Notes under the pieces: generated by a model | What the model was told of the DNA's origin: nothing | The model's database searches: none | The model's input: only the letters and a program-made list of their open reading frames with translations | Program-made: the position numbers and the translations under genes | Shown: positions 55,785 to 64,000 of the stretch, in pieces | Layout: the number at the start of each line of letters is the position of its first letter | How positions within the stretch are numbered: the first letter of the stretch is position 1 | Virus record (IMG/VR): IMGVR_UViG_2636416120_000006 | Location: 18,598 to 82,597 of that record | Reading direction: 5' to 3' (one strand) | DNA: 64,000 nt | Origin: a virus | Taxonomy: Duplodnaviria; Caudoviricetes

Positions 55785-56329
55785 CACCCTCCGAACTCGA
55801 ATTTCTGACCGCCAAGCGTCGCGCACTCTGCGACCGGCGCGACGCTCTCAATGATCAGATCGTAGCCATGACCAATCGGATCGATGCGATCCGCAACGCC
55901 GAGGCCGAGGAAACGATCAGGGCCGGCGCTTCGCTTGCCTGGCTGCTCGACGTCACCAATGAGACAACGGCCTCCTACAAGGAGCTGCAGCGGGTCCTCG
56001 CCGAGCACCACTGCATGAGCAGCGGGTATGACACCCGCACGAACCAGACGGTCGTAAAGGTGAGACCTCCGCGGCGCGACCCCGCGGCGCTGGAGAAATG
56101 TCTGCAGTTCCTGATCGAGCAGGTGGTGCCGATCCTCGCCTCCGACCCGAAGGAGATCGGGATCTTCGAAAACACCCTGAGCGAGAGCGGCGTCTACAGC
56201 CTGGTCGTCCATGACCAATCGGTGGACCTCGTGCTCACGCGATGGCGCCGGCCCACAACCCTCGAAACTTTCCCCGACCTGCGGACCGCCCTCACCTACA
56301 TCCAGGAGCATCACTACTATGGAGATTGA
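55781..56329 (+). CDS. Hypothetical protein
   Basis: GTGA coupling. Confidence 0.6.
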   Translation: MTPSELEFLTAKRRALCDRRDALNDQIVAMTNRIDAIRNAEAEETIRAGASLAWLLDVTNETTASYKELQRVLAEHHCMSSGYDTRTNQTVVKVRPPRRDPAALEKCLQFLIEQVVPILASDPKEIGIFENTLSESGVYSLVVHDQSVDLVLTRWRRPTTLETFPDLRTALTYIQEHHYYGD

Positions 56330-56760
56330 GACGGCCTACACCGCCCGTGACACCGCCCTCACCCCCACCGTCGACCTGATCCTCATGCAAGGCCGGGCGA
56401 TCTGCCAGCGCGTGATCGCCATCCAGGAGAAGAAGCCGGACGAGGCGCTGGGCCATGTCGTGGTGCTGGAGCGAGCGCGATGACCCCCACCGTCATCGTC
56501 CACTGGGACGAGCAGGGAGGGATGACCTTCCATGTCCACGGCGCCGGTGTGCGCCTCTTCACCGTGGACGAGAGGGCGCCTGACGATCGCGTCTTCGAGA
56601 TCGAGAGCCGGGTCGAGGAGAAGGACATCGCCGCGATCCTGCGGAACGACCCGGTCGGCCACCTGGGCGATCGCCCGATCGTGGAGCAGGCGATTCGGGC
56701 CAAGCTAAACCCCGGCCTTAAGCTCGTCGACTAACCTAGCCCCATCCCTGTGAGGGACCA

Positions 56761-56961
56761 ATGTTCGAAATCCGCTTCGACACCGGCAACTCGGCCTTCG
56801 ACCAGGCGCCGGACGAGGAAATCAGCCGCGTCTTAGACGAGGTCGCCAAGGAGATCGCCGCCCGCCCCGCTGTGCATTTCAACCGGCGCGAGGACGGCAT
56901 CATCCGGGACAGCAACGGCAACCGCATAGGCGGGTGGTCCTACAGACCAGCGCGAATCTGA
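56761..56961 (+). CDS. Hypothetical protein
   Basis: Hairpin RBS; IRDSNGNRIG motif. Confidence 0.65.
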   Translation: MFEIRFDTGNSAFDQAPDEEISRVLDEVAKEIAARPAVHFNRREDGIIRDSNGNRIGGWSYRPARI

Positions 56962-57268
56962 TGTTCCGCTGGCTACTCTCGCTGTTCCGTCGGCGCGCGA
57001 GGGAGCGCGCTCCACCGCGCAATATCATCGACGAGTTTTGATGACCAGAATTCCGTTCGCCCGGATTCCTGAGGTCTTCAACTTCGGGAAGAACGGGGCC
57101 ACCAAGCCAGCCGGTGTCACGGTTGAGCCAGGTGGTGATCAGACGGTCAGGTTGGGCGCCCTCAATATCAAGGGCGGTGAGACGGCGGGGCTCATACTGC
57201 ATGTCCCCGTCGAGCACCTCCCGGACCTGATCCGAGCTCTCCGACAACTCCATCCCTGAGAGGGACCA

Positions 57269-57598
57269 ATGAGGCTCTTCCTCGACGACGAGCGTCCCCC
57301 GCCCAACGACGGCAACGACTGGGTCATCGCCCGGACCTACTTCGACGCCGTCGCCAAGACCGTCGAGTGTTGGCTCGCTGGTGACCTGCTCACCTACGTC
57401 AGCTTCGATCACGACCTGGGCGAGGGTCCGAACGGCGCCGAGTTCGCTGATTTCCTCGTCATGAACGATGTGGAGAACAACGGCGCCCTGCTCCCCCACG
57501 ACTTCACCTACTACGTCCACAGCCAGAACCCGATCGGCAAAGCCAACATCGAAGGCAAGCTGGAGGGGTATCTCACCTTCAAACGCAACCATCCCTGA
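57269..57598 (+). CDS. Cyclic-phosphate-processing receiver domain protein
   Basis: LFLDDER, SFDHDLG, HSQNPIG motifs. Confidence 0.8.
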   Translation: MRLFLDDERPPPNDGNDWVIARTYFDAVAKTVECWLAGDLLTYVSFDHDLGEGPNGAEFADFLVMNDVENNGALLPHDFTYYVHSQNPIGKANIEGKLEGYLTFKRNHP

Positions 57599-57607
57599 GA
57601 GGGACCA

Positions 57608-59542
57608 ATGAAAATCAACCTTGCTGTCGCTCCGGTGGAGCGATCCCAGGACTTCGTCGAGACGGAGTTCTACATCCCGCCGAGCGCGAACCACAAGCTG
57701 GCCGAGCTCGTCGTCAAGAATCTGTACGAGAGCCAGATCCGCTTCGTCGTCGAGCTCGTCGCCAATGCCTACGACGCGGCGCCAGGCAAGGCGCCTCGGA
57801 TCAAGTTCCCGACCAAGCTCGAGCCCTGGTTCGAGGTCCAGGACGAAGGCCTCGGCATGAGCCCGGCGTTCATGCGGTCGACCTACTGCCAGATCTTCTC
57901 GTCGACCAAGGACGACGACGACACCAAGATCGGCGGCTGGGGCATGGGCCGGCTGTCCGCCCTGGCCATCACCCAGTCCTACATCCTCATCAGCGACGAC
58001 GGTGACACCCGGAACACCTACAACGTGTTCCGCGGCGAGAACGGGATGCCGCGGCTCTCGCTGATGCACAGCGGCCCGAGCCAGAAGACGGGCGTCACCG
58101 TCACCGTTCCGATCCCGCACGACAAGATCGACGAGATCCGGCGGGAGGGCGCCAAGCTGCTGCCCTTCTTCAGCCCGAAGCCGAACTCCAACCTGGAGAT
58201 CACGCCTGTCGAGCTGACCTACGAGAACAAGGCCGACGGCTGGGCCATCCGCAAGTTCGCTCCGGACAGCAAGAACGTCGTGGTCATGGGGGGCTACCCC
58301 TACCCCATCGACTACAGCTCGCTCAGCTACGGGGACTCCTACAGCATCCTGAGCAGCTTCAACCGGTTCGTGTTCACCGCCCCGGTCGGCACTTTCGACG
58401 TCACGTCGAACCGTGAGCGTCTTCGGTACACCGACAAGACCAAGGTGGCGATCGACGCTCTGGTCGAGAAGATCAAGTCGGGCTTCCACGAGTCGATCCA
58501 GGATCTGATCCTGGCCCAGCCGACCTACTGGCTGGCCTGCCAGGAGTTTTCCCGGATCGAGCGTCCTCTTCCGGGGTCCCTTTCCGAGCTGATCAAGGGC
58601 AAGATCAAGTGGCAGGGCCGTGTGGTCTCCAATCAGATCAAGGTCGTCGGCCACTCTCTCGGTGAGCTGGACAACGAAGGTAAGCGAGACCGCTACCACC
58701 GGCCGAGCAAGCCGACGTTCGGTCACCGCTACGAACCGTACGTCTATCCAATCTCCAGCTACCACGACAACAAGGAGCCGGTTCTCGTCTGGATCGACGA
58801 CGATACGATCAAGAACCAGGCCCGTCGGATCTCGGAGGCCTGCGAGGTTCGTGCCAAGATCTACACCTTCAAGGATCTCGACGTCGTCAAGCAGCTCGGC
58901 GATCCGCCCTACCTGACCCTGTCTCAGCTGCCCGAACCGGCGCCGATCCAGCGGAGCCGCTACAGCACCGGACCTCGCGCCAAGGTCAAGATCTACGACT
59001 GGATCCGGGGGACGTGGGACGAGGAGACCAGCTGGGACATCAACGCCGGCGGTATCTACGTCGATATGGAGAATGGCGATATCTCGTCAGAGGACGGCGA
59101 TCTCCTCTGCGGAGCTCGCCAGTGCGCCGAGATCCGCCCCGACCAGTTGATCGCGATCCCGAAGTCCAGCTTCAAGACCCGCGACGGCTACACCCCGTTC
59201 AAGACTTTCGTCGACGCCAAGTTGAAGGAGCTTCTGACACGGGACATGAAGAAGGCCCTCGCCAACGTGGTGGGCTTCGATTCCATGGAGTGGAGGAAGC
59301 GAGAGTTTCTCGTCACCCTCACCACCTATGCAGACCGAGCCAAGGAACTCCGCCCCTTCCACAAAGTAGTGGAGGACGCGGAGAAGCTACGCCCCTTGGC
59401 CCACGCGGCCAAAACCAGAGTGGAACTGAAACCCACCCTTTCCTTCGACCTCGAACCCCTCAAGGCGAAGCGTCCCCTTCTCTTCGAGGTGCTCGGCCAT
59501 ATCAGAAACCCTTCACCCGAACTCATCAACAAAATCCTGTGA
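57608..59542 (+). CDS. rIIA: rIIA-like protein (N-terminal GHKL ATPase)
   Basis: ELVANAYDA, DEGLGMS, SSTK..IGGWGMG, SNRERL; followed by an rIIB-like gene. Confidence 0.8.
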   Translation: MKINLAVAPVERSQDFVETEFYIPPSANHKLAELVVKNLYESQIRFVVELVANAYDAAPGKAPRIKFPTKLEPWFEVQDEGLGMSPAFMRSTYCQIFSSTKDDDDTKIGGWGMGRLSALAITQSYILISDDGDTRNTYNVFRGENGMPRLSLMHSGPSQKTGVTVTVPIPHDKIDEIRREGAKLLPFFSPKPNSNLEITPVELTYENKADGWAIRKFAPDSKNVVVMGGYPYPIDYSSLSYGDSYSILSSFNRFVFTAPVGTFDVTSNRERLRYTDKTKVAIDALVEKIKSGFHESIQDLILAQPTYWLACQEFSRIERPLPGSLSELIKGKIKWQGRVVSNQIKVVGHSLGELDNEGKRDRYHRPSKPTFGHRYEPYVYPISSYHDNKEPVLVWIDDDTIKNQARRISEACEVRAKIYTFKDLDVVKQLGDPPYLTLSQLPEPAPIQRSRYSTGPRAKVKIYDWIRGTWDEETSWDINAGGIYVDMENGDISSEDGDLLCGARQCAEIRPDQLIAIPKSSFKTRDGYTPFKTFVDAKLKELLTRDMKKALANVVGFDSMEWRKREFLVTLTTYADRAKELRPFHKVVEDAEKLRPLAHAAKTRVELKPTLSFDLEPLKAKRPLLFEVLGHIRNPSPELINKIL

Positions 59543-59549
59543 GGATCAA

Positions 59550-60761
59550 ATGCTTCCGTACAACATTACGAGCGACAGTCTGACTGTCGTGCTGCCGACT
59601 GGCGTGACCAAGGTCATCACCAGCGGCCATCCGAACTTCGAGGCGACGAAGGCCGCCATCAAGGCCCATGAGTGGGATCGTGTGCCGGACCTGGTCGACG
59701 TCGCCGCCTCGATCCGCAACTACCTCGAGGGCGCCCAGGGCCGCCTCGTCCTGGATGAGAACGGCAACCTGACCTTCGACGGAGCCGAAGTCCACCACGG
59801 CCTGGTCGGCAAGATCATCGATATCCGCGACGAGGGTCACGACCCGGTCCCGCTCGTGAACTTCCTCGAGCGGCTGCTGCAGAACCCGTCCAAGCGGTCG
59901 CTGGACCAGTTCTACAACTTCATCGAGCGCAACCACATCACCATCCAGACCGACGGCATGGTGGTCGCCTACAAGGGCGTCCGGGACGACTACAAGGACG
60001 AGCACTCCGGCACCTTCGACAACTCGATCGGTAAGCGGCACTCGATGCCGCGCAACCAGGTCGACGACGACGCGGACCGCGGCTGCAGCTACGGCTTCCA
60101 CGTCGGCTCCTACGACTACGTCAAGGGCTTCGGCCATCGGAAGATGCTCGTCCGGTTCGACCCGAAGGACGTCGTCTCGGTCCCGCACGACGCCAACTGC
60201 ACCAAGATCCGCGTGTCGGAGTACGAGGTGATCGGCGAGGTCGACGCCGGCACCTTCGCCCAGGCCGAGCCCTTCAAGCAGACCGTGATCGCCTCGGCCG
60301 GTGATGAGCGGAAGGTCCTGAACGAGCTCCGGACCTACTCCGCCCTGCTCCGCGCCCTCGCCGACGATGGCGCGGTGCTCGAAGAGACGGTCGTTTTCGT
60401 CACCACCGACGAGCTCGAGACCAACGACGAGATCGAGGACGCCATCATCGAACTCGATCACGTCGTGTTCAACGGGCTCGAGATCGACGACTGGAAGCTC
60501 GCTTCCTGGACCGAGATCGAAGACACCGAGGGCGCTGTCAACAAGGACGACTACGAGCTGTTCGCCGTCGACGTTCACTTCTTCGACTACAATCCCTACG
60601 GCGATGACAACGAGACCGTCGAACTCGTGAAGGGGAAGGTCTGGGCCGCCTCTCGCTACGACGTCGACGAAGAGGTCGACGACCTGATCCAGAGCGACGT
60701 GCTGCCGACCAACGGCGCCTCGTACGAGGACTACGAGACCACCATCGTCGACACCCACTAA
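59550..60761 (+). CDS. rIIB: rIIB-like protein with acidic C-terminal extension
   Basis: LLQNPS, DGMVVAYKGV, MPRNQVDDD..CSYGFH, DVVSVP..KIRV..YEV. Confidence 0.82.
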   Translation: MLPYNITSDSLTVVLPTGVTKVITSGHPNFEATKAAIKAHEWDRVPDLVDVAASIRNYLEGAQGRLVLDENGNLTFDGAEVHHGLVGKIIDIRDEGHDPVPLVNFLERLLQNPSKRSLDQFYNFIERNHITIQTDGMVVAYKGVRDDYKDEHSGTFDNSIGKRHSMPRNQVDDDADRGCSYGFHVGSYDYVKGFGHRKMLVRFDPKDVVSVPHDANCTKIRVSEYEVIGEVDAGTFAQAEPFKQTVIASAGDERKVLNELRTYSALLRALADDGAVLEETVVFVTTDELETNDEIEDAIIELDHVVFNGLEIDDWKLASWTEIEDTEGAVNKDDYELFAVDVHFFDYNPYGDDNETVELVKGKVWAASRYDVDEEVDDLIQSDVLPTNGASYEDYETTIVDTH

Positions 60762-60811
60762 ACCTACGAGGGCGGGGCGCCCTGCCCCGCCCACATTCCC
60801 GCGAGGAACCT

Positions 60812-60985
60812 ATGAAGACCTTTCTCATCGTGTGGCTGTTATTCGCCATCTCCGGTATCGCCGGCATGGCCGAGCACCTCATCTACTGCATCAAAACCGA
60901 CTGGATCGCCATGCTCCTGGTCGGCCTCTTCATCCCGCCGGTCGGCGTGGTTCACGGCCTCGGCCTGCTGCTGGGGGCCTGGTGA
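60812..60985 (+). CDS. Small membrane protein, 57 aa
   Basis: MKTFLIVWLLFAISG...PPVGVVHGLG behind hairpin RBS. Confidence 0.65.
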   Translation: MKTFLIVWLLFAISGIAGMAEHLIYCIKTDWIAMLLVGLFIPPVGVVHGLGLLLGAW

Positions 60986-61160
60986 TGGAGAAGGACATCC
61001 GACCGACCGCCGTCCATCTCGCCGATCGGGACTACGACCTCAACCTGAAGAAGCGCACCCGCTCTCAGAAGGCCGCCAACAAGGCCATCATCCAGCGCCT
61101 CGGCGCCGACAGCGACGGCGCCTTCCGCGTCCGCAACCGCCTGGACGGGAAGAACTGACC

Positions 61161-61325
61161 ATGCCGAGCCGCATCATTCGCCGCGTCTGCCACGCCCGCG
61201 GCCGCTACGCCCGGTTCCATCCGCCGAAGGGTGACGCCAACCGGGGCGTGATCCACAAGCGCGTCGTCGACGGACGAGAGATCTATCTCCACGCCACCAA
61301 GGGCTGGAAGACCCGACGGGCTTAA
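61161..61325 (+). CDS. Small basic protein, 54 aa
   Basis: Manual translation ending LHATKGWKTRRA. Confidence 0.5.
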   Translation: MPSRIIRRVCHARGRYARFHPPKGDANRGVIHKRVVDGREIYLHATKGWKTRRA

Positions 61326-61491
61326 CCCCTTGCACAGGGGCAGCACCTTTCAGGTTCGTGGCTAGGCCGGACCACACCTCACAGTCGACCTCGAAGTTCA
61401 GAGAAGCTCCGTCGCTGCCCCGCGCTCACGCGCCATTGCAGACGGGAAGGTCGGCATCCGGCCACCCTTACACCATCCCTGAGAGGGACAA

Positions 61492-62187
61492 ATGCTACGC
61501 TTCTGCCCGGATATCGGGATGTGGGCGCTCGATCGTCCGCGTTTCGATATCACCAATCCCGACGGTACGGTGACCCGGGGCTCCTGCACCAAGGTCGCCA
61601 CCTCCTTCTGCAAGGCCACCTGCTACAACAACAAGCTGGAGAAGGTCTTCACCCGCATCCGGAAGCGGGACGTGAAGAACGAGACCTTCTGGCAGCAGCT
61701 CACCGGAGCGACCTTCCGAGCGATCCTCAAGCGCAAACGCCGCGTCGTCGCCCGGTTCCGTGGCATGACCCGCGGGGAGAATTTCTCGTCGCACGAGGAT
61801 GTGTGGCGCTGGAGTGACATCCTGAAAGAAAATCCGGACACCCTCTTCTGGCTCCCCACCAGAGCCTGGTGGGACCCGGAAAAGCAACGCCTCAATTTGT
61901 GGCAAATCCTGGAGATCGAGGCGGCTGTGATGTCGCTTCCGAACGCCCGGGTCCAGGCCTCGGTCGACCCGAGCAACATAGCCGGGTGGGCAGCGATCGA
62001 AGCCCGCGGTTGGGGCGTCATGTTCTACGGGGACGACAATCCCAACCTCCGCTCGCCAAGTGGACTGAAAGCATTCCACTGCCCTAAGACTTTCAGGCAT
62101 CTGAAGGGACACTGCGGGATCTGCCGCGCGGGCTGCTTCGACAAAGATCTCGCGTCGAAGCGATTTGTCCACCTGAAGCAACACTGA
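61492..62187 (+). CDS. Gp88-like (radical-SAM-related, Cys-rich) protein
   Basis: C..C...CY, RFR..GE, FWLPTR, C-terminal CP..C..C..C. Confidence 0.6.
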   Translation: MLRFCPDIGMWALDRPRFDITNPDGTVTRGSCTKVATSFCKATCYNNKLEKVFTRIRKRDVKNETFWQQLTGATFRAILKRKRRVVARFRGMTRGENFSSHEDVWRWSDILKENPDTLFWLPTRAWWDPEKQRLNLWQILEIEAAVMSLPNARVQASVDPSNIAGWAAIEARGWGVMFYGDDNPNLRSPSGLKAFHCPKTFRHLKGHCGICRAGCFDKDLASKRFVHLKQH

Positions 62188-62319
62188 TGTACATCAGCGA
62201 CCTGGAGTACATCCGCCGTCAGATCCAAACCCGTGGGTTTGTGTCCATCGACGACACGTCAATTCCGTCAAACGGCATAGACGATCACCACATTCCGCAT
62301 TGCATGCTTAAGGAGAGAG

Positions 62320-62541
62320 ATGATGACGATCACCATGATTCCGGTTCAAAGCTCCAACCTCGCCGCCGTTGGCCATGACGGCATCAGCAGCCTTGACGTG
62401 CTGTTCAAGAACGGAGGACACTATCGTTATCAAGGAGTTAGCTCCGACATCTTCGTTCAGATCCTGAATGCCGACAGCGCCGGCAAGGCTCTGAACACGC
62501 TGGTGAAGAGCGCCGGCTTCCCGTTCGAGAAGCTTGACTAG
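62320..62541 (+). CDS. KTSC domain protein
   Basis: VQSSNLAAVGHD..L.V.FKNG..YRY.GV....A.S.GK. Confidence 0.88.
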   Translation: MMTITMIPVQSSNLAAVGHDGISSLDVLFKNGGHYRYQGVSSDIFVQILNADSAGKALNTLVKSAGFPFEKLD

Positions 62542-62699
62542 AAGCGATACGTAACGTATCTATCAATGCGGCGGAACGTCCCATTGGGACTCTCTGGTAG
62601 GGAACAAAAGTTCGGAAACTGGTTATTTTCCGCCGCATCACAGTCGTGATTAATGCGCAAGTGAAACCTTGGTAAGCCGACACATCCCATGAGGGACAA

Positions 62700-62981
62700 A
62701 TGTTCATCTCGACCGCCAGGGCCGCGCGGCACCTGGATTTCGATCCTTCGACCTTACAGGCGATGGCAAGGCGGGGGGTTGTTCCAGGTGCAAAGAAGTT
62801 CGGCCGCCTATGGCGCTTTGAAAGCGAGCTCTTCTTTGCCTGGGTCAAGGACGATAGTGACAGGCAACGAGGGGTGAAATGCCAAGGGTCTTCCAACGGA
62901 AAAACAGTCAAAGCCTCTACATCGCCTATACGAAAGACGGAGTCGAAGTATATGAGTCTGCTCGGACTCAAGACCCGGTAA
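62700..62981 (+). CDS. xis: Excisionase-like HTH protein
   Basis: ISTARAARHL..STLQAMARRG.VPGAKKFGRLWRF; overlaps the integrase gene. Confidence 0.8.
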   Translation: MFISTARAARHLDFDPSTLQAMARRGVVPGAKKFGRLWRFESELFFAWVKDDSDRQRGVKCQGSSNGKTVKASTSPIRKTESKYMSLLGLKTR

Positions 62982-64000
62982 TCGCCCAGCAACTTCTTGA
63001 TCAACGTCTCGCGGAACAAAACGCCGGCCTAGGCCCCACATGGCAATGGGCTGTCGAGGAGTTCTTCGAGAAGGCGATCATCAAGCCGAAGACCCGAGCC
63101 TGTTACCTCTCGAGCGCGAGGAACGTTCACCCGTTCCTCGGGCATCTTCGCATGAAGCAGGTGACGACCACGGTGCTGCGCGAGGTCATCACTGAGCGAC
63201 GGAAGCAGGTTGTGCGGAACAAGCCGGTAGGTGACACGGCGATCCGTCGGGACCTGGCATTTGTCAGTTCGGTCTTCACCCTGGCACTCGAGACCGAGGA
63301 GGAGTGGACGGAGGGGTTTGAGCATCCGGTCCACCGGCTGTCGAAAACCACGACCAAGAACAAGCGGCTCAAGCGCACCACGCGCCGGCGGAGGTTCTTC
63401 TCCCCGCGCGAGTTCGGTGCCCTGCTCTGCGCCTGCACGACCCAGCAGCAGCGTCGGATCCTGAAACTGGCCGTCTCCACCGGCATGCGCCGGCAGGAGA
63501 TCGAGAACCTTCAATGGGAGCGGAACGTCCGCCTCTCTCGTCGCGAGATCGTTCTCTGGGACGACGACACGAAGACGAGCGAACCGAGGACGATCGCCCT
63601 GAACGACATCGCTGTCAGGGTCCTGTCCCTGACAGTCCGGAGCAACCAGTGCCCCTACGTTTTCTGGCACATGGAGATCGACGAGAAGGGTCGTCCGGTC
63701 CCTGTGAAGTACGCCTCGTTCGCTCAGTGGTGGAAGGGCGTGAAGAAGCGAGCGATCGCTCGGTCACCCGATTCGCGCTTCCACGACCTGAGGCGGACGT
63801 TCGCTTCCTGGTGGATCCAGAGAGGTGGCGACTGGGAGGTGCTGAGAACGATGCTGGGTCACTCGCAGTCGGAGATGACGGCCAACTATGCCTACCTTCG
63901 GACCGGGGACCTGCACGATGAGATCGCCCGACTGTCAGGGCCGCAACCCGGACAGGACCTTCTGATCGATGACGAAGAGGAGGACGACGAGGATGAATAA
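62879..64000 (+). CDS. int: Tyrosine integrase
   Basis: TGMRRQE, TKT, FHDLRR, LGH, TANYA catalytic residues. Confidence 0.95.
   Translation: MPRVFQRKNSQSLYIAYTKDGVEVYESARTQDPVIAQQLLDQRLAEQNAGLGPTWQWAVEEFFEKAIIKPKTRACYLSSARNVHPFLGHLRMKQVTTTVLREVITERRKQVVRNKPVGDTAIRRDLAFVSSVFTLALETEEEWTEGFEHPVHRLSKTTTKNKRLKRTTRRRRFFSPREFGALLCACTTQQQRRILKLAVSTGMRRQEIENLQWERNVRLSRREIVLWDDDTKTSEPRTIALNDIAVRVLSLTVRSNQCPYVFWHMEIDEKGRPVPVKYASFAQWWKGVKKRAIARSPDSRFHDLRRTFASWWIQRGGDWEVLRTMLGHSQSEMTANYAYLRTGDLHDEIARLSGPQPGQDLLIDDEEEDDEDE

Noticed and set aside
40690-62702. Recurrent 21-nt repeat as a CRISPR array or integron attC sites
   Set aside because: Spacing is irregular (0.2-5 kb) and filled with genes, no cas genes are present, and there is no GTTRRRY/RYYYAAC attC architecture; the repeat is tied to start codons.
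1-64000. tRNA or rRNA genes
   Set aside because: No cloverleaf with canonical T and D arms was recognised by eye; a tRNAscan run would be needed to exclude them.

Overview
The whole window reads as about 64 kb of a GC-rich temperate long-tailed (siphovirus-like) phage or prophage. The host is very probably an alphaproteobacterium, given a GapR-like gene and two GTTC-N7-GTTC LexA boxes. The left half (minus strand, about 0.7-32 kb) holds the lysis cassette, a multi-enzyme tail spike, lambda-like tail tip genes (J, I, split K, L, M), tape measure, frameshifted tail chaperone, major tail, neck, capsid, protease, portal and a GpA-type terminase. The right half (plus strand) holds a PrimPol-SF3 helicase, an SGNH/methyltransferase moron, about 50 small accessory genes, rIIA/rIIB-like genes, and xis/tyrosine integrase. 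The most unusual signals are: (1) about 26 copies of a covarying mini-hairpin that carries the ribosome-binding site and often the upstream stop codon; (2) a shared palindromic box 4 bp upstream of the -35 of several promoters; (3) host LexA boxes; (4) an expanded array of Cys-motif paralogs; (5) several highly structured intergenic RNAs, one with a 7-bp kissing loop. All functions were assigned by eye from motifs and synteny; no searches were run.
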